The translations under genes were made by a program, and so were the position numbers. DNA of 63,999 nucleotides, filler included, from Polymyxa betae A26-41 (lineage: Eukaryota; Protista; Endomyxa: Phytomyxea), in assembly GCA_003693705.1 (NCBI GenBank). It is 5 parts of 5 records of this genome, joined end to end, with 100 filler letters (N's around TTAATTAATTAA, not from the genome) between each part and the next. Parts side by side here need not be neighbours in the genome. Positions count along the whole stretch, not along the records: positions 43,334 to 56,093 come from RBZT01000064.1; positions 56,194 to 61,720 come from RBZT01000076.1; positions 61,821 to 63,999 come from RBZT01000036.1; 2 more parts are not named here. One strand, written 5' to 3'. Positions 54,695 to 63,999 of the stretch are shown one piece after another; position 1 is the stretch's first letter, and every line of letters begins with the position of its first letter. The notes below the pieces were generated by a model, which saw only the letters and a list, made by a program, of their open reading frames with translations, was not told the origin of the DNA and did not search any database.

Positions 54695-56093
54695 TTATGA
54701 CGGAACCAGGTTGTTTTTGATAAACTCACCACCACCGCCTCCGGCAGCACCTGGAGGTCCAGGCAACCGAGCACTTGTAGGCTGAAACAGTTTTGACAAT
54801 CTCGTCCTCGACGAGATTTTGGAACTGGATTTATGGAGGGTTGAAACGGAAGACGCGGAAGTGTTAAACAAAGGTAAAGACGATGCACCTACTGAAACCA
54901 TTGAAGTAGATGAAGCTTCAGTGCTGGTTGATGGTGTTAGAGTAGCTCTGGACGTACTTGAAGAGGATGCGACTTGGGCATATAATACTGCAGATGATGT
55001 GGCACCAGCTGAGGTTGAGGTGACCGTTGACGAACTCACAGCAGCTGAGGTGACCGGGAATGATGAGGCCTTAGCAGAGATCGTCGGCAATGACATTGCA
55101 ACTGCAGAAGTATGTAGCGATGACGTAATTTCAGCGCTTGTAGCCGGTGATGACGACGGTGCGGCAGGGGACTTGATCGGTGGTGACATAACTAGAGAGC
55201 TTGTAACCGAAACTGACGTTACAGCTGCAGAAGAAACTGGTAAGGATGAGGCTTCAGAAGAGGACGTCGGCGATGAAGTTGCAGCTGCAGAAGTAAATGG
55301 TGAAGATATGGCTTTAGCAGAGGTTATCGCTGACGAAGTCGCAGCCGCCGAAGTCCCTTGTGAGGATGTGTATTCAGCAGAGGTCATTGGTGATGAAGTC
55401 ACTTCAGCGCTGGGAGCCAGTACGGGTGCAGTAGCAGCAGCTGGCGAAGACGTGGCCTGAGCAGATGAAATCGGTGACGAAGTTGCAGCTGCAGAAGTAA
55501 GAGGTGATGACGTGACCTCAGTGCTTATAGCTTGTAAGGACGTTGCGACTGCAGAAGTAGCAGGTGACGATGTTGCCTCAGCTGAGGTCACCGGCGATGA
55601 CGTTGCAGCTGTAGAATCAACAGGCGGGGACGAGGCTTCAGAAGAGGTCATCGGCGATGAAGTCGCTACAGCAGAGGGTAGCGGTGACGACGTAGATTCA
55701 GCGCTTGTAGCAGGTAAGGACGTTGCAATTGCAGAAGTAACTGGTGATGAAGAGGCTTCAGAAGAGGTCATCGGCAATGAAGTTGCAGCTGCAGAAGTAA
55801 GCGGTGACGACGTCACTTCTACGGTCGAAGCCGGAAAGGACGTTGCAATTGCAGAAGTAACTGGTGATGATGAGGCTTCAGAAGAGGTCATCGGCGATGA
55901 AGTTGCTGCTGCAGAAGTAGCAGGTGACGATGTTGCCACAGATGAGGTCATCGGCGATGAAGTTGCAGCTGCAGAAGTAAGCGGTGAAGATGTCCCTTCT
56001 GCGCTTGAAGCCGGAAAGGACGTTGCAGATGCAGAAGTAGCAGGTGACGATGTTGCCTCAGATGAGGTCACCGGCGATGAAGTTGCAGCTGCA
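54695..56093 (-). CDS. Mucin-like Ser/Thr/Ala-rich repeat protein (10-aa unit, about TSSP.TSA.A); 5' end lost in gap, 3' part possibly decayed
   Basis: Open frame of more than 450 codons with 30-bp periodicity. Confidence 0.75.
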
Positions 56094-56193
56094 NNNNNNN
56101 NNNNNNNNNNNNNNNNNNNNNNNNNNNNNNNNNNNNNTTAATTAATTAANNNNNNNNNNNNNNNNNNNNNNNNNNNNNNNNNNNNNNNNNNNN
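56094..56193. other. Artificial contig linker
   Basis: N44-TTAATTAATTAA-N44. Confidence 0.97.
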
Positions 56194-56842
56194 ACCTGGG
56201 CCTTACGGTTTGGTAGAGGGGTACTGAACTAAGACGTTCAAGACATCCTACCCGAGGACAACCAGGTATTGGATGGGATTGTATCCACGGGCCGGCATAC
56301 AGTATCAAGGCAGATCGATTCTACTATTCAATTATCTGTCGCTAATTTGCGATCGTGAAATCTTCGACCTGATTTTCAGCCTAACCAGCTAACTGTCCAA
56401 CGTGACAAGAATACTGATGAAATAAAATTCGCTTTATCAAAATCAGGAAGAATATAAAAAAAAAACATTACTCGAGCGGGAATCGAACTCGGACTTTGCG
56501 ATTTGCCCTATCATTTGGCTATCTCTGATTCTGTCTGCAAAGCTACAGAATTGGAATTCAAAGAGGGCTTGCCGAAAAACCGCTAAACTTTCCTACGCCA
56601 AAATTGGTAAGGAGGTGTCGGGACACCAGATAAACGGATAGCTGGAAATAAGTTCCTAGAAAGTAAAAAAAAACACGTGTAGCAACCCTAAGGTTAGGGT
56701 TTATGAGATTTGAATAGTTCTCAAACCCATTTCCAGCACTGAATTTTGAATTTAAAGTGTTTATTACCCAAATTTACAGTACTATCGGTCTGAGAAGAAA
56801 AAAAAGCGAGTTTCATTCAAGAGCGAAGAAACGTTTCAGCGT

Positions 56843-58396
56843 TTAGGTTTCAGATGTTGTGTTACACTTGTGGTCGTCAAGTAATATCTGATAGATGAGG
56901 TTATCATGATCTCGGGCGATTTCAATGAGTTCCAGTTTGTGTATGAGCGGGATATTGACATAGAACGAATATTGTATGAGAGCACGGAACTGTTCTACAT
57001 ACTGACTTTTCATGAAGAATTTCAGAGCTGAAATTAGAGATGGAATGTCCCCAAGAATCAAAGAAACAAATTTCGGACTTTCCAGAAATCCGCGAACATT
57101 CGCATCCGATCGACAGCATAAAAGGTATTTAATAATATGCTTGATGCCGAGATTATCAGTTTTTGCAGCAAATAGAGAGATAGTCGGAATTCGCATCAGA
57201 GTCCGAGCAATATCGAAATGATGGTTAACAATGGCCCAATCCATTAGCGTACACCGATCGTGAATCCCATTGGAAAGTTTCACAAAAACCTGGAAATTGG
57301 CGATCCTGTGCATGAACGGAAGTGCGATCAGGCCCTCCAAAAACCCCTTCGATGCATTCAGCAACAGATTCGAGAAGTGGCAGAAATCGTCTTCCGGGAA
57401 TCTATCAAAAAATAATCGTTGAACGAACGGAATCCGCAACAGAGCCAGGGTTCTCTGCTCTCCAATATCTCCGGCGCTGATTAGATCACACGCAGTTAAC
57501 AGGATCTCGGACAGCGACGAGAAGTTCAACATAGGGACGATATCCGCCACGGACTCCGGCGAGATTTCCACATTCCTCATGTAAGAACGCAAGTCAAACA
57601 GAATGCCGTTCTGGCGCAGAGCCAGTACGGCCTGCCAGTTGGACAGCGGATGGGAATGTTTGCGCCGGAGATTGCGGATAGCACGGGAAATGTCCGTCTG
57701 CGAGTATGATGAGAACGTTTTCAGGACGGGTTCCTCGGCACGAATCCGATGACGAGGAGATCGACGGAAGCGCTGAATGAACGACGAAATGCGCCAGCTG
57801 CGCTTCGATTGAGGCCCTTTTTTATCCTCGAAACAACAGCTCAAATCCTCACAGCGATCATCTGGGATAGACTGAAGCGGAACCGATGTGATCAAGTCCG
57901 AAAATGCGAATTTCTCGTCCCAAAATTCGTCCCGATTATACAGCGATGTCTCATTCGTCAGAACAGAGAGGCCCAGCCTTGTGATCAAAATCCGTAACAG
58001 ATCGGATTTCTGTCCAGTCTTCAATGATTTGCTCGACATGATCTGGTGGTACAGGCCCAGGACCAGCTGCGGGCGTACAGCAGCGTCGACGTCCCGGGAT
58101 CCGGGGACGCGACGGACCAGCTCGTCCAGAATACGGATCAGCATGGGGATCACGGATTCCGAGATCGTCGGCGATTCGAACAGGGCGTGTACGACCCCGT
58201 GACGAAACGATGGCAGCCAGAGGCGGCATGCCCGAGTGAGATGGCACAATTCCGTGGGCGACCGGACGTGATCGCTCATGATCTTGAACTGGAGATCAGA
58301 GGGAAGAACCTCGAAATCGAAGGTCGTTTCATCGGCGGAGGCCGCACCCAGGACCAGTACGGTCACGGCCAGCAGAATCGCAACTCGGACGTACAT
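56843..58396 (-). CDS. Secreted F-box protein with C-terminal ankyrin-like/helical repeats (family B), intact and intronless
   Basis: Signal MYVRVAILLAVTVLVLGAASA. F-box-like FEVLPSDLQFKIMSDHVRSPTELCHLTRACRLW. Ankyrin-like TLMDWAIVNHHFDIARTLM. Confidence 0.8.
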   Translation of the reverse strand: MYVRVAILLAVTVLVLGAASADETTFDFEVLPSDLQFKIMSDHVRSPTELCHLTRACRLWLPSFRHGVVHALFESPTISESVIPMLIRILDELVRRVPGSRDVDAAVRPQLVLGLYHQIMSSKSLKTGQKSDLLRILITRLGLSVLTNETSLYNRDEFWDEKFAFSDLITSVPLQSIPDDRCEDLSCCFEDKKGPQSKRSWRISSFIQRFRRSPRHRIRAEEPVLKTFSSYSQTDISRAIRNLRRKHSHPLSNWQAVLALRQNGILFDLRSYMRNVEISPESVADIVPMLNFSSLSEILLTACDLISAGDIGEQRTLALLRIPFVQRLFFDRFPEDDFCHFSNLLLNASKGFLEGLIALPFMHRIANFQVFVKLSNGIHDRCTLMDWAIVNHHFDIARTLMRIPTISLFAAKTDNLGIKHIIKYLLCCRSDANVRGFLESPKFVSLILGDIPSLISALKFFMKSQYVEQFRALIQYSFYVNIPLIHKLELIEIARDHDNLIYQILLDDHKCNTTSET

Positions 58397-58599
58397 CGAC
58401 GTTGCAGACGGAGAGCGATTCGTGCTTTGGATCCTTCCCCATGTGTCACGAACTTCAACGGTCCTTCTGAGCAGTTTGCGCAGATTGTTTCCAAACTGGT
58501 CATAGACTCCGGCATGCGTAACTCATCCGCAACAACGACGATCGACCTCCCTGAGCCGGGTTCCCTGAGCCTTCATATCCTGACACTGACAGCGGTCGT

Positions 58600-58707
58600 A
58601 CTGAGCGTTCATATCCTGACACTGACAGCGGTCGTACTGGTCCTGAGGTCGGTATCATCTATAGCGCGGGACTCGGACCTCCGTCTTATCCCGGATCACA
58701 TCCAGCA
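58600..58707 (+). pseudogene. Truncated 5' relic of a family B gene (signal peptide + start of F-box), head-to-head with 56843-58396
   Basis: Translates SVHILTLTAVVLVLRSVSSIARDSDLRLIPDHIQQ, similar to the N-terminus at 61413. Preceded by a 36-bp duplication. Confidence 0.5.
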
Positions 58708-59075
58708 ATGTTTATTTCAAAATTCAGCAATAGGCTGAAAAACTCATTTGAGTTTCTTGAGAGTTTTCCGAGAATTGCGTAAAATATTTTCAATTCTGCA
58801 ATGTTCCATGACGGTAACAGAATCCAAAACTTGCTTTGCTGAGACACCGATCGCTCTTATGGATTATTGAGAGGCTTCATTGTTTAACAATTGTCCGAGC
58901 CGAGTGAGCATAAGTCACGCTTCTGATGATAATTGAGTTCCGAATACTGAGAGAGTCTACAGAGAGTTGTTGCTGAAGACGCATCGCTGTGATTTAGTCG
59001 AGATCATCGCAGTCTTGAGGCGCTCAATCCGTTCTCCTCCTCTGTGCAGCACTGCTTGAATCAAAACTTGAAATA

Positions 59076-59530
59076 CGAGATTGCGTGACTGACGCTGAAA
59101 ACCTTCAATTGAGAACAAGATAGTGCGTAATGACGCTAAAAAAAATTTTATGAGAAGAAGATTGTGCGTGACTGACACAGAAAGCTTTCCTTTGAGAAGA
59201 AGCATGTGCGTGATAGACTCAGAAAACTTTCAATTGGAAGACGATTGTGCGTGACTGACACAGAAAGCTTTCCTTTGAGAAGAAGCATGTGCGTGATAGA
59301 CTCAGAAAACTTTCAATTGAGAAGAAGATTGTGCGTGACTGACACAGAAAGCTNNNNNNNNNNNNNNNNNNNNNNNNNNNNNNNNNNNNNNNNNNNNNNN
59401 NNNNNNNNNNNNNNNNNNNNNNNNNNNNNNNNNNNNNNNNNNNNNNNNNNNNNNNNNNNNNNNNNNNNNNNNNNNNNNNNNNNNNNNNNNNGAAAGCTTT
59501 CCTTTGAGAGAAGATAGTGCGTGACTGTCA
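59076..59530 (+). repeat. Minisatellite of ~42-bp units (alternating A/B, ~84-bp dimer), partly unresolved (N-run)
   Basis: gagaagaagattgtgcgtgactgacacagaaagctttccttt alternates with gagaagaagcatgtgcgtgatagactcagaaaactttcaatt. Confidence 0.9.
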
Positions 59531-59663
59531 GACGAGAGTGTAGACTGTAGAGTCCATTTGTATCAAGTCGGCACAGCATCACCGTTCTATGCGAGATTGT
59601 AAGAGCAAGAGTGATAGAATTTATCTTACACAAAATCGGTTTAAGAAGAAAAAAACAAGAGTT

Positions 59664-60640
59664 TTATTCAAAAGTAAAAAAACGTTTCAGAGTTTGGATC
59701 CCAAATGGTGTTGGGGCGATGTTACTGTTGTCCGTGATATCTGATAAATGAACGCTTATCGTTGACCGTAATATCTGATAGATGAGGTCATCATGATCTC
59801 GGGCGATTTCAAGGATTTCCATTTTGTGTGTATACGGGATCATGATATAGAACGAATATTGTATGAGAGCACGGAACTGCTCTACATACTGACTTTTCAT
59901 ATAAAATGTCAGAATTGAAATCAGAGATGGAATATCCTCGAGTATCAGAGCAACAAATTCCGGACTTTCCAGAAATTCGCGAATATTCGCATCCGATCGA
60001 CAGCATACAAGACCTTCAATAACATGCTTGATGCCGGGATTGTCAGACATTTTCGAGTATAGAGATGCAGTCGGAACTCGCATCAAAGTCCGAGCCATAT
60101 CGACATTACGGTTAACAAATGGCCCAATCCATCAGAGTACAATCTTGGAGCGTCCCTTGAAGTTGCAGATAAAACTGGAAATTGACGATCGTGCGCATGA
60201 ACGGAAGTGCGACCAGGCCATCCAAGAGCACATTTGATGCAGTCAGCATCAGCGTCGTAAGGGCGTCGAAAACGTGCGGAGAGGAATCACGAATAATTCC
60301 TCGCTGGAAGAACGGAATCCGCAACAGAGCCAGCGCTCTCTGCTCTCCAGAAACTCCGCCGCGGATTAGATCACACGCTGTATACAAGACCTCAGACGGT
60401 GAAGAGATGTCCAACATAGGGACGATATCCGCCACGGACTCGGGCGAGACGTCGACATTTAGCATGTAAATCTGCAACTGAAACACGATGCCGTACTGGC
60501 GCAGAGCCAGTACGACGCACCAATCGGCGAGCGGATGGGAATGTTTGGGGAAAGCGATCAGGAGATTGACGGCAGGACCCCCGACGGCGTCCGAATGCAG
60601 GAAACAGAACGGAGCGGGGTAACGTTGACGGAGTGCGCAG
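59664..60640 (-). pseudogene. 5'-truncated, frameshifted paralog of 56843-58396
   Basis: KHSHPL..W..VLALRQ.GI.F, SPESVADIVPML, CTLMDWAI and MKSQYVEQFRALIQYSFY are shared. Frameshift at about 60110. Signal peptide and F-box are missing. Confidence 0.85.
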
Positions 60641-60759
60641 AGGGGGTCCTCGTCCTGAGCTGTTTTTTTTTGCATATTTTTCCAAACACTACGTGAAGGC
60701 CGCTCCGGCTTTCGTCACTACGACTCTCTCAACAACGCTCGACCTCCTTGAGTCGGCTA

Positions 60760-60866
60760 CCTGAGCGCTCATTAGCTGACACTGACAGCGGTCGTACTGG
60801 TCCTGAGGTCGGTATCATCTGTGGCGCGGAACTCGGACCTCCATCTTGTCCCGGATCACATCCAGC
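60760..60866 (+). pseudogene. Second copy of the truncated family B 5' relic
   Basis: Near-identical to 58600-58707 (ctgacactgacagcggtcgtactggtcctgaggtcggtatcatct...cccggatcacatccagc). Confidence 0.5.
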
Positions 60867-61412
60867 CCGGGTATTCTTCTTGTGGTTGAATGAGATTTTT
60901 CGGATCTATTGATGATCCGGAATCTGCGTGATTCAAATGCCTCTTCCGGGTCTTCAGTGTTACCTCTCGTTTCGGATCTAATAAAGGGATTGGGCCGGCC
61001 TCATTTCACCACAAGTATCCTAACATCTCTTTTAGTATCGTTCTATTTAAACCGCTCTCTTGCGTCTCCGACATCGTGTTCAACAGATTGAGCAGTTTTG
61101 AGAAATTCCCGAGAAATTTCACTGGAATGCCGTAAAACAGGTTTTAGATTCAATTGTGGAAATCATAGAACAGCAGAATTTGCAGAATCAAACATGCTGC
61201 GAAACTCTGTTTGGGCAGAACCAGTTTATAATCAATAACGGAAATTTGACATCTATGACTGCGAATCCACACCTTCAAACTCTGGGTTTCAGCTCAGGCT
61301 CAGTCGCAGTATTTTTCGCAGCAACTTGGAAAAAAGTGCGTTACAACGCCGTACGCAGGGTTCCGTAACTTGACCGCTGCCATTCCCTGACGCCATTCCC
61401 ATTTCCACTACG

Positions 61413-61720
61413 ATGTACGTCCAGGTCCTGGTCCTGATGGCTGCAGCCGTACTGGGCCTGGGGGAGGCGGCCTCCTCGGCAGAGCCCGAATGCGGGTTCG
61501 ATCGTGTCCCGGATGAGATTCTGGAGTTGATCGTGGCCGGCATCTCCGCCGCCACGGACTTGGGACGTCTGAGTCTGACCTGCCGCCGCCTGCTTCCTCT
61601 GGGCCGTCCCCAGGTCGTACAGGCCCTGTTCGAATCGCCCACGATTTCGGACTATCAGATCCACGACCTGGTCCGTATCGTTGCCGTCCAAGTGCGATAC
61701 GACCGCGAGACCGTCGCGCT
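61413..61720 (+). CDS. Secreted F-box protein family B, 5' part (runs into gap)
   Basis: Signal MYVQVLVLMAAAVLGLGEAASS. F-box-like FDRVPDEILELIVAGISAATDLGRLSLTCRRL. VV.ALFESPTIS is shared with 56843-58396. Confidence 0.8.
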
Positions 61721-61820
61721 NNNNNNNNNNNNNNNNNNNNNNNNNNNNNNNNNNNNNNNNNNNNTTAATTAATTAANNNNNNNNNNNNNNNNNNNNNNNN
61801 NNNNNNNNNNNNNNNNNNNN
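61721..61820. other. Artificial contig linker
   Basis: N44-TTAATTAATTAA-N44. Confidence 0.97.
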
Positions 61821-63999
61821 TGATGATGAACTGATTGAGATTCTGATCGGTAAGATAAACATTTGTGTTTATAGGAAAGTGTCGATCTGGACTTCGAATC
61901 TGAATCCACTCATCAATTTCATACCTCCTCGGCAATCGATAAACTTACTCTTAGGACATACAGCGATTGCAAACCTGATTTCTGGCTGATCAACAACAGT
62001 CCTAGATGCATATTCAAAGAGAGAGATACAAATTGTGATGACATTACCAGTGAATAAATCACAATCAATACTGCAGATCTGGGATCTACAGGATATAATA
62101 TGCTACTCTTCAATTATGATCCAGACATCATGGTCAGCGTCTATTACTTACTGCAGGAGGCGTCTCGCTTGTGGCTGAAACTGAGTATAGAAGCAGCCGA
62201 TCTCCTGAACCTAGTCATTGCAAAACACAGGTTAGTTAGGGAACTGATAGCAATATGCCGCACCTGCAGCGATAATGTGATTCCCAATCCAATACAGTAT
62301 TTGATAAGATTGATCAGACCAGATCTCCCACCTAAATTGATGTGCAGCTTCAATAAGGGTATTTTCATCACAATGTGAAATTATAACATAAGACAAAACT
62401 AACCAGAATCAGTGTCTCGGTTTTCAAAAGAAAATTTGCAAAATCGATAATACGAAAATAACTCATGATTATTGCTTTTCAGCTTGAGAAATTAAGTTTA
62501 ATGATAAACCCGGAAATAAGTATAAATCACGAATGAATATGGAAAAACAGACTTGAAGGTCGATCTGCAGAACAACGCGAATTTTGTAGAAGAAGCAATC
62601 GCAAGGTTTTCTCCATTGGCAGAGACAACAGCTGTTTGAAGATAATCATTGACAGAAACGAAACATTGTAGAGGGATTTTCAATTCCTAGAGCAATGAGA
62701 CGATTGTTTAGCTCGCTTTTGGCGCTATTTCAACACTGTTAACAGTCAAACTGACCTGATAAATCTGTTGCTGTTTGTTCCAAAAAAATACCCGATCTCG
62801 GCCTAATAGGGTTGTGGACGATCTCGACAGAATTCGCGCAAGGTCAATTCGGTAAATGCTCTTCGGATTGGCATAGACAAAGCAATGTTCGTTCATGAAA
62901 ATGTCGACAACCGGATCGGTCTATCAACATCAAATACTCAGAAAAGAATGGTTAAAACATGGTATCGATTCTGAACTGAATTAATGGAATAGATGCAAGA
63001 CATAGACAATAAGGAAAATACAGCTGCACCATGATATCGCCATCGTACACAGAACCCGGTCCCATTCTGTACAATATCAATATAGAAGCCATACGTAAAA
63101 CGCAACCGACTTGAAGGCAGAAAATATCCTCTGCTGGCCCTGTGTGTTCGTAAAGCTCAGGACTGTCAACTCGATTTGGGATTGAAATCAGTTCAGATGA
63201 GCATATGGACGATTCAGTTACAGATAATGTGGTGAAGAACAATGAGCCGTTCTGGTCACCCACAATAAGGCGATTCCCACAGAATCCAATGCGGTAAATA
63301 TCTGCAAACCTGATTAGATCACATAACACTATTCTCTCTCTAAATGACAAAAATAAAGGCTGAGATCGACACAAGGGTTTCAATAGTAAAAAGTAATTGC
63401 AAACTCGCTTGATCGCACAGATTCCGAGAAAGGAAATAACAGCAAAGGCAACGAAACAACTTTCGTACGGAAACAGAGCGATATCCGAAGAGAAACTAGC
63501 TTGATTGTGAAGCAAAAATCACCAGAAACGATTCTGCATTATATTACAAAACAGACCAGAGTAATTGGACAGATTTTGCATGGGCACAAGCTGGGCAAAG
63601 TCGTCGTCTGCATTGAGAAAACTGGACATTTGTAAAGGTGTAAGATGATAGAGAATGAGTTGTTGATTGCCAGTCAGAATGGCAAATAACGATAGGTGCT
63701 CAGAGTACGACATTGATATTATCATTTGGTCAGCTGACGATAGCAGACGTCGCTTTGCAAATGTCTCTATGGAACCAATAAATATTTGCTGTTGTCAATT
63801 TGGCATGGTAACTTCAATACGCGTTCGAGCTGAAGAGCGATGTTGCCGACAGTTAAAGACCCAAATGAAACCATCGGCGGTGCCCAGAATTAGATAACGA
63901 CTAAATGACATCGACCTATGCTCGAAATAAGAATGGAGTTCAAGCTGCAACAACGGGATTGCATCTAACGCAGAAATCTCCACAGATTCGGGTGGCAGC
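61821..63999 (-). CDS. Internal part of an intron-rich gene, possibly WD40/beta-propeller-like
   Basis: Chain of short same-strand ORFs with beta-strand-like motifs (YLILGTADGFIWVF, RLIVGDQNGSLFF, NLAIASSTKFALF). Not identifiable to family. Confidence 0.45.

Noticed and set aside
54819-56093. Long plus-strand acidic ORFs (54819-55460, 55512 onward)
   Set aside because: Antisense shadow of the Ser/Thr/Ala repeat.
56194-56310. GPY-like peptide suggesting a Gypsy integrase tail
   Set aside because: About 100 bp at a contig edge with a stop; insufficient evidence.
56455-56510. B-box-like GTTCGATTCCC followed by a T-run on the minus strand
   Set aside because: No complete cloverleaf or A-box; at most a tRNA 3' fragment.
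59076-59530. Regularly spaced repeats as a CRISPR array
   Set aside because: Units are contiguous with no unique spacers, there are no cas genes, and the context is eukaryotic.

Overview
Eukaryotic DNA with short GT-AG introns and scattered T(2-4)AGGG telomere-type motifs. The gene content fits a parasitic protist such as a plasmodiophorid, but that assignment is inference. The window is an artificial concatenation of five contigs (about 1-21386, 21487-43233, 43334-56093, 56194-61720, 61821-63999) joined by 100-nt N-TTAATTAATTAA-N linkers, so synteny across those joins is meaningless. Contig 1: DIRS-like retroelement relic, three identical tRNA-Leu(CAG), a MITE-like element, a secreted mucin-stalk plus tandem DUF1259 gene, a sphingomyelin/IPC-synthase-like gene, a PA-domain-like/7TM receptor with a decayed tandem copy, and a decayed Polinton-like-virus-type segment. 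Contig 2: PIF/Harbinger transposon, secreted ankyrin and F-box/ankyrin (pseudo)genes, LRR-like relics and a Ty3/Gypsy 5' half. Contig 3: compact housekeeping block (TOP3A, metallophosphoesterase, ARMC6, SEC23) plus a mucin-like repeat gene. Contig 4: array of signal peptide + F-box + ankyrin-like genes. Contig 5: part of an intron-rich gene. Best candidate for a novel system: a rapidly turning-over family of secreted F-box/ankyrin proteins that could act as host SCF ubiquitin-ligase adaptors. Runners-up are the endogenous virus-like relic and the intron-bearing bacterial-type DUF1259 protein. All family calls come from motifs recognised by eye; no searches were run.
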